DNA from: an uncultured Acidobacteriota bacterium
GTDB taxonomy: Bacteria > Acidobacteriota > UBA6911
Direction: 5' to 3'
NCBI GenBank assembly: GCA_963827655.1
Contig: CAWHCF010000051.1
Coordinates: 1-64,000, forward strand
DNA length: 64,000 nucleotides
The translations under genes were made by a program, and so were the position numbers. The notes beneath the pieces were generated by a model. The model worked only from the letters and a program-made list of their open reading frames with translations, was not told the DNA's origin and did not search any database. Below, in pieces: positions 41,669-51,964 of this stretch (positions within the stretch are counted from its first letter, which is position 1; every line of letters starts with the position of its first letter).

Positions 41669-43033
41669 ATGTCGGAAAAGATGCAAATCAACCGCAGGGA
41701 GTTTATTCACCGGAGCGCGATCGGAGGAGCCGCCGTCGGGATGGCTCTGGAGGAATTGCATGGCGAAAGCCCGGACCCCATTGCTCCCGTGCCCGCCAAT
41801 GAAAAGATAACGGTGGGTGTGATCGGCGTCGGAGCCCGGTCACATGAGCTGATGCAAGCCATCATGACTCTGGCCAATACCGAAATCGTGGGAGTTTGCG
41901 ATGCATACACCGGACGCGTTGAGCGCGCCGTGGCCCGCACGAAAGGGAGGGCGAAAATCTACAAAGACTATCGCGAGATACTCGCCGATAAATCGATCGA
42001 CACGGTAGTCATCTCAACGCCGGATCACTGGCACGCCACGATGGCGGTTGACGCGCTTCGGGCCGGCAAGGACGTCTACATTGAAAAGCCGCTGACCTAT
42101 ACGGTCGAAGAAGGAAATACCATTATTTCCGAGGTGAAAAAGAGCGGGCGAATCCTGCAGGTGGGAAGCCAGGGAATGAGCTCGCGCATCCAGCAGAAGG
42201 CTCGGGAACTGATCGCATCCGGAAAACTGGGACAGGTAACGATGATTCGCGCCTTCTATAATCGAAATACGGCCGGCGGCGCCTGGATCTATCCCATCCC
42301 GCCGGATGCCTCTCCGGCGACGGTCAACTGGGAGATGTTCCTGGGACCGGCCCCGAAGCGCCCGGTAGATTATGCGCGCTTCTTCCGATGGAGATGCTAT
42401 CAGGATTACTCAGGCGGGATCTCAACGGATCTCTTCGTTCATCTATGCACCAGCATTCATTTCATGATGAACGCCAAGATGCCGGCCCACGTTGTGGCCA
42501 TGGGCCAGCTCTATCGCTGGAAAGAGTCTCGAGATGTTCCGGACACGATCAATGCCATCCTGGAATATCCCGAGGGTTTCACCGCCAACCTGAGCAGCAC
42601 TTTCAACAACCAGACGGGTTCCGAAGGAGGAGGGTTCCAGATCCTCGGCACCAAAGGAAGCCTGGTGCTCGGCGGGTCAGGAATGACTTTTAATCCGGAA
42701 ATCACGCACGAAGACAATCGCTGGATCGTAGAGAGCTGGGCCTCTGGACTGCAGGAGGCCTATTACAAAGACCCAAAGGTCCGGACTGAAGAGTTGCCGG
42801 GGACCAGGGAACCCGAGGTTATTCCGGGACAGGAGCAATACCGGGAAATCGGATTGGAAGCCACGGTGATCCACTTCCGTAATTTCTTCTCTTCGGTCAA
42901 GACGCGAAAGCCGCCGATGGAAGACGCCCTGGCGGGGCACCGGGCGGCCTCTTGCGCCCATTTAATCAACCGATCCGCTCGCGAAAAGAAAATGGTGAGC
43001 TGGGATTCGTCAAGAGAGACACTGAAAACCTAA
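41669..43033 (+). CDS. Tat-signal Gfo/Idh/MocA oxidoreductase
   Basis: NRREFI; GVIGVGAR, STPDHWH, GKDVYIEKP. Confidence 0.92.
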   Translation: MSEKMQINRREFIHRSAIGGAAVGMALEELHGESPDPIAPVPANEKITVGVIGVGARSHELMQAIMTLANTEIVGVCDAYTGRVERAVARTKGRAKIYKDYREILADKSIDTVVISTPDHWHATMAVDALRAGKDVYIEKPLTYTVEEGNTIISEVKKSGRILQVGSQGMSSRIQQKARELIASGKLGQVTMIRAFYNRNTAGGAWIYPIPPDASPATVNWEMFLGPAPKRPVDYARFFRWRCYQDYSGGISTDLFVHLCTSIHFMMNAKMPAHVVAMGQLYRWKESRDVPDTINAILEYPEGFTANLSSTFNNQTGSEGGGFQILGTKGSLVLGGSGMTFNPEITHEDNRWIVESWASGLQEAYYKDPKVRTEELPGTREPEVIPGQEQYREIGLEATVIHFRNFFSSVKTRKPPMEDALAGHRAASCAHLINRSAREKKMVSWDSSRETLKT

Positions 43034-43130
43034 GATTTTCTTTACCAGACGTCTCTCGGCTGGGGCAGCCCCGCCGGTCGCGCGCTGATCGGTCAGGTAC
43101 GGCAGCGGCCCCATCCCGGAGGTCAAAGTT

Positions 43131-43661
43131 ATGATCGAAACTCGAATTCATCGCCGCGTTCATCGCAATCGTAAGAAACACCGCATTCCATTGTCGAAAC
43201 TTCTTACCTCCGAAGTCGTCAAGACTGTCGTGGCTCATCCGCGCCGGCTCGAAGAGTTGATTAACATGCTGGATGACCGGGATCGGTGGTTGCGGGACCG
43301 GGCGGCCAAGACGCTGGCTCGGCTTTCCGAGTCACATCCCGGACGTCTCATCAGGGTCGTAGAGCGCCTTCGAGAGGCTCTGGCCGACGATTCGGCCTAC
43401 GTTCGATGGCATCTTGTCTACACGCTGGGCCGCGTCGGTACACATTTCCCATTGCGTGCTCCTCGCTTCCTTCCGGATCTGAGCGCTCGGCTCGACGATG
43501 AAAACCGGATGGTTCGTATCCTGGCGTCGAGGGCGTTGAATAGCCTGGCCGTGAAAAAACCTCGGATGGTCGAGGAGGCTTTTGAGTCGACAAAGCGGGG
43601 TGTTCCGTCTTCACTCGCGCGCATCCTCCGTGACGCCGGCCTTCGGTCGAAATCATCCTGA
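43131..43661 (+). CDS. HEAT-repeat protein
   Basis: Three L.D....(L/V)R..A...L helical repeats. Confidence 0.7.
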   Translation: MIETRIHRRVHRNRKKHRIPLSKLLTSEVVKTVVAHPRRLEELINMLDDRDRWLRDRAAKTLARLSESHPGRLIRVVERLREALADDSAYVRWHLVYTLGRVGTHFPLRAPRFLPDLSARLDDENRMVRILASRALNSLAVKKPRMVEEAFESTKRGVPSSLARILRDAGLRSKSS

Positions 43662-43793
43662 TTCGAGGCGCCGCTCTTCGCAAGCTATGTGGATGCAGGG
43701 CCCCGCGTAGCCTCACCGGCCTAGAGGTTCAAAAAACGGAACAAGTTGTGTGGTACTGCGTAGATATACCTGGGTGTCCATGGACTCGAAAAG

Positions 43794-45059
43794 ATGATAA
43801 GAGCATTCGTTATTCTCTGCGCCTTCGCCTTTTCTTCGGCGATTTCATTGGGCGCAGCTCTTCCTCAAGAAGATAGTTTTTCCAAGAACTTCAAGAAGTT
43901 CAAGGACGTGATTTCGGGTGTGGATTTCTTCGCCGGGAACCGCGCGGACCTGGCGCCGTTTGAGAAGCCGATCGCCGAGGCGCGCGAGAAGCTCTCAGCC
44001 TTTCTCGGTGACGATCTTGCCAAGGGAGCCATTGTGATCTGCTCGAAACTCGAGCAGAAGGACTCCGTGAACGAGATCAAAGTCCTCCGCATGGGCTATC
44101 GCTGGGTTCTGATACAGCTCACTCCGGAGGCATCGAACCAGGAGATGCTGGCAAACCTCAAATCTCGCTCGGGCGGACAGCTGCCTCCGGAAATGCTCGA
44201 AAGGCTTCAGAATCCCTCTCCTGAAATGAAGGCTGCCGCCCAGGCTGGCATGGTCTCGACAACCGCTCGCCGATGTGCCAATGCCTTGATTTCCATGTCC
44301 GTGGCCAAGGACAAGGAGTTTCGCTCGTCAAGACTCGATGACACGGGAAGAAGCCCACTGTCCGATTGGTTGGATATCGGTCTGGCTGCCTATGCGTCAG
44401 GAACGGCGAACTCTAACCTGAGGTTCCTTCAGGATCGCATGGAGGAAGCTTTCCCGTTGGAAGACGTTCTTGGGATGTCGCGCCCTTTCGTTGCGCCTGG
44501 GCAGGCGGGAGGTGTAACGGGCGGTCCGACGGTCATGTTCCGTCCGGCCGGGGGCGCCGAGCCTGGTCCTGGTACGGGGAATCCCGGGCGGGGGCCCCGT
44601 CCGGGAGTTGAGGCTCCTCCGCCGGGTGAGGTTGTCATTCGCCCAGGCTCCGGTCCGGGTGGGGGCGCCGAACCCGCTCCCGGCGCCGGAGTCGGAACTC
44701 CGGAACGCACGCCCCGCTCGGGAACGGAGGCTCCTCCACCGGGTGCAGTTACGATGCGCGGCGGCTCCACCTCTGCCGCCATGCCCAAAGAGGTACAGGA
44801 TCGGATGCTGTTTGATGCGCAAGCCGCTACTTTTTTCAATTATCTGATCCAGAAGGCCGGGGTCGAAAAAGGAAAAGAACTGGTCGAGTGGGACCAGGCA
44901 GGGAAGGACCCGGTCGAGTTTGTGACCCGCCCTGATGTTTTTGGACCGGACCTGGAAAAGACTGAAAAGGAATGGCAGGTCTGGCTGAAGAGCCAGAAGG
45001 CGCCGGCCCCCATCCGCATCATGACCGGCGGGCCGCGCTCCACCGGGCGTCCTGAATAA
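43794..45059 (+). CDS. Secreted hypothetical protein with a duplicated Gly/Pro-rich insert
   Basis: Signal peptide; two imperfect GGAEP...EAPPPG repeats about 37 aa apart. Confidence 0.7.
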   Translation: MIRAFVILCAFAFSSAISLGAALPQEDSFSKNFKKFKDVISGVDFFAGNRADLAPFEKPIAEAREKLSAFLGDDLAKGAIVICSKLEQKDSVNEIKVLRMGYRWVLIQLTPEASNQEMLANLKSRSGGQLPPEMLERLQNPSPEMKAAAQAGMVSTTARRCANALISMSVAKDKEFRSSRLDDTGRSPLSDWLDIGLAAYASGTANSNLRFLQDRMEEAFPLEDVLGMSRPFVAPGQAGGVTGGPTVMFRPAGGAEPGPGTGNPGRGPRPGVEAPPPGEVVIRPGSGPGGGAEPAPGAGVGTPERTPRSGTEAPPPGAVTMRGGSTSAAMPKEVQDRMLFDAQAATFFNYLIQKAGVEKGKELVEWDQAGKDPVEFVTRPDVFGPDLEKTEKEWQVWLKSQKAPAPIRIMTGGPRSTGRPE

Positions 45060-45201
45060 TATGGCTGTGATTACTCGACCATTCTTGCGCCGCTGGCTCG
45101 TTCTTGCGCACTCAAGAGGCGGCTCTTAGACAAGGGATCCATTGTCCGTGGTTAACGTGAGAGCTCGATTGGGAAAAAGCAGGTCAAGCGGGGCAATCCG
45201 C

Positions 45202-46435
45202 ATGCTGCTCCGCTGCGGCGTGATTCTGGCGCTTGGGGGTCACCTCTGGTTCGGGAACGTTGCGGCGCAAGGTCCGCCGGCTCCTTCCAAACCGGAAAAG
45301 GGGGAGTCTTTTACCGTGAGTGCGGAGGACGTTGTCCGGACTTTGCTGGTGACCGGAGAATTACGCGCGTCGCGGTCCCGCGATATCCTGGTTCCGGACG
45401 TGAGGAGATCGTTCGGCGCCAGCATCACATTCCTGGTTCCGGAAGGCTCCCAGGTAAAGCAGGGGGAGCGCATCCTCGAGTTTGATGCCACGAGCACACT
45501 CAGCCAGAAAGCCGAATCGGAACGCAAGCTTGACGAGGCCAAGCTCAAAATCGAGAAAACCAAGGCGGATACCGAGGCTCTGCGCTGCGATCTCTTGAAC
45601 GAGCTGGCACTCGCGGAAGGTAATTTGAAGGTGGCCGAGCTCTACGGCAAAATCAGCCAGGAACTTCTTCCGGCAAACCAGTATCAGAAATACCAGCTGG
45701 ATCTGGAGAAGGCGAGGCTCGCCCTGGACAAGGCAAAGGAACGACTGGCCAACCACGAGGACAGCATCCCTGCCCAGCTCGCGCTGGTCGAGCTGGAGCG
45801 TGAGCAGGCCGAAATCGAATTGAAGAAAATCGACGCCGATCTTGCGCTGCTCGAAGTGGACGCGCCGCAGGGCGGCATCATTATTTACGGTGACAATTGG
45901 GCCAACAACAGGAAGGTTCAGGTCGGCGATACCCTCTTCCCGCGCATGACGGTGTCTGACTCTGCCCGATCTTTCCAGCTTGCAAGTCATCGGTCACGTC
46001 TACGACACCGAGGTGCGATTCCTCTCTGCGGGAATGACCTGCGAGTTCAGTCTCGACGCGGTTCCGGGAAGAGTATGGCGGGGGAAAATAGCTTCCCTGA
46101 CCAGTGTCGCCACGCGCAAGGGGTTCGCATCTCAGCACAAGGTTTTCCGCGCGGTCATCGAACCCGAGGCTGTGGATCTGACGGTAATGAAGCCGGGAAT
46201 GACGGTTCGTGTGGAACTCCCCCTGGCCCTGGCATCGCGCGCTATTGCCATTCCGCGCGAGTTTCTGGGCGTCGACCTTCGGAGAGAGTATTACGTGAAG
46301 AAAGGAACCAGTCTGGGGACGGCCACGATCCAACCCGTGAAGGTCGGGGTCTTCAGCTACCGGCTGGTGCAGATCCTGGACGGGCTCAAAGCCGGAGACA
46401 CTATCGTTCCGCTTCGTCCAGCGGGGAGCATGTGA
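45202..46435 (+). CDS. Efflux periplasmic adaptor (HlyD/MFP) 1, frameshift near 45950-45960
   Basis: LVPEGSQVKQGE, coiled coil, APQGG, then MKPGMTVRVE and ILDGLKAGD in the next frame. Confidence 0.85.
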
Positions 46436-47670
46436 TGTCGCGGAAATCGACCGTTTATCTGGCAGTCATCATCCTCCTGGCTTCGGGAATTCTCGGTTTC
46501 TGGCTTTATCGCTCGTCACGTAGCGTAGCGCTAGCGGCAGCCGCCGAAAAGGATCTATTGACCGTTACCCGCGCGGACTTCCCCTTGATCGCCACGGCCC
46601 CGGGAATCCTGGAATCTCCCCGCAGCGTCAGTATCGGTCCGCCGCGAGTTCCCCGGGAGAATCGTTTCAGGCTGGCGCGCATGGTGGAGGAAGGAAAACA
46701 CGTTTCCGAGGGGGACTTTCTCCTGGAATTCGACGGCTCGGACCTCAACCGCAGGCTGCGCGAAGACACGGCGAACTTTCAGCGGGTTCAGGAGGAATAT
46801 CAAAAGAAGCGCTCCGACTTCGACATCCAGGTGCGAGACCTGAAGCTGCAGCTCGAGCAGGCCAAGGCCGATCTTGACAAACTCGAGAACAAGCTGAGCC
46901 GCCAGGCTGAGCTGGAAAGCGCCATAGTCATAGCCGAGACCCAGATCCGGCGCGACATGGCCAAAAAGAAAGTTGAGCTGCTCGCCAAAAAGCTGGACCA
47001 CGTCACCGAGAGCGGACGGATCGATCTTCAGATTTCGCGCACCAACGAGAACCACTACCGATCGCGCATGGATACCTTGCTGGATGCGATCGAATCGCTC
47101 ACGGTAACCTCCCCGGTTGCCGGCGTGGTCATTTACAAGCGCGACTGGAACAACGAGCCGCGGCAGGTAGGAAGCTACGTTTTTGTGCTCGACACCGTGC
47201 TGGAGATACCCGACCTGTCGTCCATGCGCGCGAAGGTCATGGTGGACGAGGTCGACGCCGGCAAGGTTCAGGTAGGGCAGGAAGCCCGGGTCCTGGTGGA
47301 CGCCCTGCAGGGAAGAGTATTCTCCGGAAAGGTGGCCTCGATCAGCGCCATTCTGAAGCAGGCGGCATTCGACCGCCCCCAAAGGATTGCCGAGGCGCTG
47401 GTGGAATTACAGAGCTCGGAGATCAAACAACTGCGGCCCGGCATGAGCGCGCGCGCGCAGATCCAGGTAGGCCGGCACTCCGATGTCGTGGTGATCCCGC
47501 TGGCGAGCATTCAGGAGCGGAACGGACAATCGCTGGTTCAGGTCTGGAATGCCGAGAAACTCACTTATGACTGGCAGTCGGTTCAGCTGCTCACCAACGA
47601 CGGAGTGTCCGCGGTGATCAGTTCCGGATTGCAACCCGGGCAGCGGATCCGGGCCACGCCGAAGGCCTGA
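46435..47670 (+). CDS. Efflux periplasmic adaptor (HlyD/MFP) 2
   Basis: TGATG stop/start overlap; N-terminal TM, VEEGKHVSEGD, SPVAGVV, LRPGMSA, SGLQPGQ. Confidence 0.88.
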   Translation: MSRKSTVYLAVIILLASGILGFWLYRSSRSVALAAAAEKDLLTVTRADFPLIATAPGILESPRSVSIGPPRVPRENRFRLARMVEEGKHVSEGDFLLEFDGSDLNRRLREDTANFQRVQEEYQKKRSDFDIQVRDLKLQLEQAKADLDKLENKLSRQAELESAIVIAETQIRRDMAKKKVELLAKKLDHVTESGRIDLQISRTNENHYRSRMDTLLDAIESLTVTSPVAGVVIYKRDWNNEPRQVGSYVFVLDTVLEIPDLSSMRAKVMVDEVDAGKVQVGQEARVLVDALQGRVFSGKVASISAILKQAAFDRPQRIAEALVELQSSEIKQLRPGMSARAQIQVGRHSDVVVIPLASIQERNGQSLVQVWNAEKLTYDWQSVQLLTNDGVSAVISSGLQPGQRIRATPKA

Positions 47671-47704
47671 CGCCTGATGGCTCGGAGCCTTCGTGGGCGG
47701 AAAA

Positions 47705-47817
47705 AACCAACCATGGAGACTCAAGGTTGGTTAGGGGACTTCGATCCGAACCAAAGGCTCTTCTGAACGACAACAGGTTGGTTTGAACATCTCGCAAAGC
47801 CTCCAAGAAACGATGAG
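47705..47817 (+). repeat. Second copy of the ~110 bp structured element
   Basis: CAAGGTTGGTTAGGG..CCGAACCAAAGGC..ACAACAGGTTGGTTTGAAC aligns by eye with 16439-16501. Confidence 0.65.
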
Positions 47818-47870
47818 CTGGCGGAGACGGAATACAAAAGGAAGCACGATGACTTATCGCAGTCAAGAAT

Positions 47871-49223
47871 TTGAAACCACGTCCGAAGAGCCGTAACACT
47901 CGAGCGGTCCAGCTCGTCTTTCTCCTGGCGATCGTGGCCACGGCGGCCGCGGCTCTCGCCTATCGGGAGCCGCTGTGGGGCCGGGTCACACGGGTCCTGG
48001 CTACCGCGAACGAAGAACCCATCCCGACCCAGAACCTCGAGAGGGTTTCTTTCAGGCTGGAAACGCCAGCCGTGGGCGAGATCATCGGTCTGGAAACCGT
48101 ACCGGTTCCAACGCCCAGCACGCGCGGCGGGGGCCTCAAAATAGCCTGGTTGATACCCGAGGGGAGCTTTATCAAGCCGGGTGATACCGTGGTCCGGTTT
48201 GACAGCACCGATGCGCAGCTGAATCTGGAACAGCAACAGAACACGCTCGAAGCCAACCAGGAACGGACCAAAATCACCACGGGCAAGCAGACCACGGACG
48301 AGAAGGTTCTGGGAATCGACCGGACCGATGCCGAAAAAGAGTACCAGCATGCCATGACGGTCATGCCGCAGGACGAGACGATCTTTTCGAAATGGGATAT
48401 CATCGAAGCCAAGATCAATGCCGGCTTTGCCAAGGAACGGATCAATTTCCTGTCAAACAAGGGAAGGGTCCAGAAGCGAATCGCGCGCGCAGACCAGCAG
48501 ATACTGGCGATCGAGAAGAACAAGGCGCGCGCCGAGATCTCCGTCGCCCAGCAGACGCTCGATTCTCTCGAGTTGAGGGCTCCCAAGGGGGGACTTGTCC
48601 TGTACCGGCGAGATCGGATGCGGGAGCCCCAGGTGGGCGAAGAGTCCTGGCCCGGTCAGGTGCTGGTGGAGGTCGTGGATCTGCACGCGCTCCAGGCGCG
48701 AATCTACGTTCTGGAGAGGGATGCGGCGGGACTGGCTCAGGACAAAGCGGTTACTATTCGACTCGACTCAATTCCGGAGAAGACCTTCCACGGAACCATA
48801 AACTCGGTGGCTTCGCTGGCACAAACCCTCGAGCGCAACTCGCCGCTGAAATATTTCGCCTGCCAGGTTACCGTCCAGGACGCTTACGAAGACATGCCGC
48901 GCATCAAGCCTGGAATGTCGCTGAAGGCGGACGTGATTCTCGAGAAATACGACTCATGCTTCGTAGTCCCGGCCAGTGCCATCACCCTCAAGGGCGCGGA
49001 GGCTCTGGTTCATGTGAAACAGGGAGACCGTTTCGTGCCCAGGCCCGTCACAATCGGCACCGGTACTCACGGGCAGTCCGTCGTATTGAGCGGCGTCAAG
49101 GATAACGAAACCATAGCAATGCGAAATCCCTTCGAAACCCGCAAGGCTCACCTGCCCGATTTCAGCAAGGCATCGGCGACGGGGTCCGGCATGGGTGGGG
49201 GGATGCGCATGATGATACGCTGA
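47871..49223 (+). CDS. Efflux periplasmic adaptor (HlyD/MFP) 3
   Basis: N-terminal TM, IPEGSFIKPGD, LRAPKGG, IKPGMS. Confidence 0.88.
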   Translation: MKPRPKSRNTRAVQLVFLLAIVATAAAALAYREPLWGRVTRVLATANEEPIPTQNLERVSFRLETPAVGEIIGLETVPVPTPSTRGGGLKIAWLIPEGSFIKPGDTVVRFDSTDAQLNLEQQQNTLEANQERTKITTGKQTTDEKVLGIDRTDAEKEYQHAMTVMPQDETIFSKWDIIEAKINAGFAKERINFLSNKGRVQKRIARADQQILAIEKNKARAEISVAQQTLDSLELRAPKGGLVLYRRDRMREPQVGEESWPGQVLVEVVDLHALQARIYVLERDAAGLAQDKAVTIRLDSIPEKTFHGTINSVASLAQTLERNSPLKYFACQVTVQDAYEDMPRIKPGMSLKADVILEKYDSCFVVPASAITLKGAEALVHVKQGDRFVPRPVTIGTGTHGQSVVLSGVKDNETIAMRNPFETRKAHLPDFSKASATGSGMGGGMRMMIR

Positions 49224-49310
49224 GGCGAGCTTCTCCATCGCATCAGCATCCGCCATAGTATTCGGCGAACGCCTTCCCAGTTTGGAATGAAATACAAGCA
49301 TTGATTCAAT

Positions 49311-49344
49311 CTGAAAGCTGACGGCTGATGCTGACGGCTGACGG
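49311..49344 (+). repeat. Degenerate GCTGACG-type heptamer run
   Basis: CTGAAAG CTGACGG CTGATG CTGACGG CTGACGG; weak partner CATCAGC near 49241. Confidence 0.55.
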
Positions 49345-49367
49345 GTCTTTGCGACTTCGCGGTAACC

Positions 49368-50603
49368 ATGTTCAGTTTCGAAAGTATTCGCGGCGCTCTC
49401 AGTAACCTCGGCCGGCGGAAGCTCCGCTCCTTCTTGACCATGCTGGGAATGATCTTCGGCGTGGGGGCCGTGATCGCCATGCTCTCGATCGGCGCGGGAG
49501 CGGAACGGGAGAGCCTCAGGATTATCGAGAATTTCGGCATCCGCAACATCATCATTCAAGCCAAGGAATTCAAACAGGAAGAGCTGAAGCAGATCCGCAC
49601 GGAATCGCTCGGGCTCGCGCTGCGCGACCTGGAGGCGCTCGAGGCCGTGCTTAAGCCGAAGCCGCTGGTCTCAGCCAAGAGGGTGGTCAAGACTTTTCAG
49701 GTGATCTCCGACAAGGGACGAAGCGACAGCCGCGTCCTTGGAGTCAGCAGTACCTTTCCCACGATTCAAAACCTGAAGCTTGTCCAGGGCTCGTTCTTTC
49801 TCCCCTTCGATGAAGAGGCCTCCAATCAGGTCTGTGTTCTGGGGATGACCGCCAAGCAAAAGCTGTTCGGATTCGGCACCGTCCTGGGCGAGCGGATCAA
49901 AATCAATGACCAGTGGTCGACCGTCATCGGCGTTCTCGCCGACGCGAACGTGGAGAAGCAGGAATTCGAAGGGGTAAAAATCCAGAATCCAAACAACGAC
50001 ATCTACATTCCCATCACGACCTCGTTAAAAAAATTCGAGAGGGACACGCTCGACAACGAGCTCCATGAAGTCGTAGTCCAGGTAGCGGACAGAGGGGATC
50101 TGAGGGAGCAGGCGGCTGCCATCAGCAATCTCATGTCGACGATGCACCGCTACGTGGATGACTATTCGCTGATCGTGCCGGAAAAACTGCTGGAACAGAA
50201 TCAGAAGACCCAGGGTATCTTCAACATCGTGATGGGAGCTATCGCCAGCATCTCCCTTCTGGTGGGGGGAATCGGAATCATGAACATCATGCTGGCTTCG
50301 GTTCTCGAGCGGACGACCGAGATAGGACTGCGGCGAGCGATCGGGGCCCGCAAGCGCGACATCCGGGTTCAATTCATAGCCGAGGCGCTGGGGCTTAGCC
50401 TCGCGGGCGGCCTCGCGGGTATCGCCCTGGGATACGCCATCTCACGGGGGGTGGCCATCTATTCCGGGTGGAGCACTATAATCACGGCAGCCTCGATAGG
50501 CTTGTCGTTCGGAGTCAGCTCGCTGGTAGGGCTGATCTTCGGCATCTACCCCGCCGTCCAGGCGTCTAATCTCGATCCCATCGAGTGCCTGCGCTACGAG
50601 TAG
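49368..50603 (+). CDS. MacB/FtsX-type ABC transporter permease
   Basis: RSFLTMLGMIFGV, SLLVGGIGIMNIML, ERTTEIGLRRAIGA, YPA..ASNLDPIECLRYE. Confidence 0.93.
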   Translation: MFSFESIRGALSNLGRRKLRSFLTMLGMIFGVGAVIAMLSIGAGAERESLRIIENFGIRNIIIQAKEFKQEELKQIRTESLGLALRDLEALEAVLKPKPLVSAKRVVKTFQVISDKGRSDSRVLGVSSTFPTIQNLKLVQGSFFLPFDEEASNQVCVLGMTAKQKLFGFGTVLGERIKINDQWSTVIGVLADANVEKQEFEGVKIQNPNNDIYIPITTSLKKFERDTLDNELHEVVVQVADRGDLREQAAAISNLMSTMHRYVDDYSLIVPEKLLEQNQKTQGIFNIVMGAIASISLLVGGIGIMNIMLASVLERTTEIGLRRAIGARKRDIRVQFIAEALGLSLAGGLAGIALGYAISRGVAIYSGWSTIITAASIGLSFGVSSLVGLIFGIYPAVQASNLDPIECLRYE

Positions 50604-50648
50604 GGTTGTGTTTCTTGGCGTCTTGGTGTCTTCGTGGTTAGGCTGAAG

Positions 50649-51959
50649 TCAGGGCCGGTTGAGATACTTTTCGTAGAGCCGGGTGTGTTTGGTTTCGAGG
50701 CTGACATTCTTTCCGGCGATAAACAGATGTTTCACCTGTGTCCGTATCTCGAGCAAGTCGCCGTCCGTAACCACGAGGTCGGCGATTTTCCCAGTCTCAA
50801 TGCTTCCCACTTTGGCTGCCACACCCAGGATTTCCGCGGGATTCAGAGTCACGGCCTTCAGCGCGTCTTCGTGAGAAAGGCCGTAGGCCTCGGCGAACCC
50901 GGCTTCGTAGGGCAGATTCCTGACTTCTGAGCTGCTCGACGAGGTCAGTGCGAACTTGATCCCGGCCCTTGCCAGATCGCGGGGCAGCGTGAACCGGGCG
51001 TCATAAGGATCGTCCTCCCGGTCGGGCAAGGCGACGATCGAGCCGAGTATGACCGGAATATTCTCTCGCTTCAAAAGCTCCGCTGTCTTGTTGGCCTCGC
51101 GTCCGCCCTGGAGAACGACCTTCAGCTTCTCTTTCCTGGCGAAGTCGACCGCGTTCTTGATGTCGCGTTCGGAATCAGCCTGCAGGAATACCGGCAATTC
51201 TCCTTTGATCACCGGAACCAGGGCTTCGAGCTTCCGATCTCTTTCCGTGCCGGGATTGGCTCCGCGAGCTTTGTCGTAGTGGCGGGCCGCCTCGAACAGA
51301 TCGGACAGTTCCTTGACTCGCTTTTCGTAATTGCGCTTGATTTCAGCGAAGCTTCGTCGCTGCGCGCCGCCCCGGCCCCCGCCGCCGGCGCGAGAACGTT
51401 GAGCCGGGTCGAGACTCGGAAAGTCAAGGACCAGTCCCGCAGATTTCAGGAGGGCCATTTCGTCAACAGTCCAGCCGTCGAGATGGAGCAAGGTCGCCTG
51501 GCCCGCGATGATGCCGCCCGAAGGGGCGCTCACACTGGCCGTGATGCCGTTCACGCGGGCAACGGGAATGTGTTCGCTGGCTGGGTGGATGGCGGTGAAT
51601 GCCAGCAGGTGAGGATTATAGTCACCCATCTCGGAGGCGTCGTTGGTGGCCGGAACCGATGTGATCTCGGTCAGCCCCAGATTGCTCCAGGCATTGATCA
51701 TCCCGGGATAAACTTCGAGTCCCTGACCGTTGATTATCTGCGCGCCGGCCGGAATCTTCACCCCCGCACCGACGGCGGCAATCTTGCCATCAACGACAAC
51801 CACGGTGGCGCGAGACAGCGTTCCGGACGAGCCCAGGGTGTGAACCTTGGCGTCTCGTATGGCATAGACCCGGTTGTCGCCGGCCGCCCACCCGGCCAGC
51901 GCAAGAGCGGAGAGCGCAAGCGTCCAGTTCACCAGTGTGATTGGTTTTCTCATGATCAA
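50649..51959 (-). CDS. Secreted amidohydrolase-family protein (metal ligands look degenerate)
   Basis: VYPGMINAWS replaces PG.IDxHxH; AVTLNPA, GSIETGKIADLV. Confidence 0.85.
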   Translation of the reverse strand: MIMRKPITLVNWTLALSALALAGWAAGDNRVYAIRDAKVHTLGSSGTLSRATVVVVDGKIAAVGAGVKIPAGAQIINGQGLEVYPGMINAWSNLGLTEITSVPATNDASEMGDYNPHLLAFTAIHPASEHIPVARVNGITASVSAPSGGIIAGQATLLHLDGWTVDEMALLKSAGLVLDFPSLDPAQRSRAGGGGRGGAQRRSFAEIKRNYEKRVKELSDLFEAARHYDKARGANPGTERDRKLEALVPVIKGELPVFLQADSERDIKNAVDFARKEKLKVVLQGGREANKTAELLKRENIPVILGSIVALPDREDDPYDARFTLPRDLARAGIKFALTSSSSSEVRNLPYEAGFAEAYGLSHEDALKAVTLNPAEILGVAAKVGSIETGKIADLVVTDGDLLEIRTQVKHLFIAGKNVSLETKHTRLYEKYLNRP

Positions 51960-51964
51960 CCTCG

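Noticed and set aside
45142-47670. 842 aa double-adaptor fusion in the ORF track
   Set aside because: Artefact of a frameshift near 45955; adaptor 1 ends at TGA 46435, overlapping the ATG of adaptor 2.
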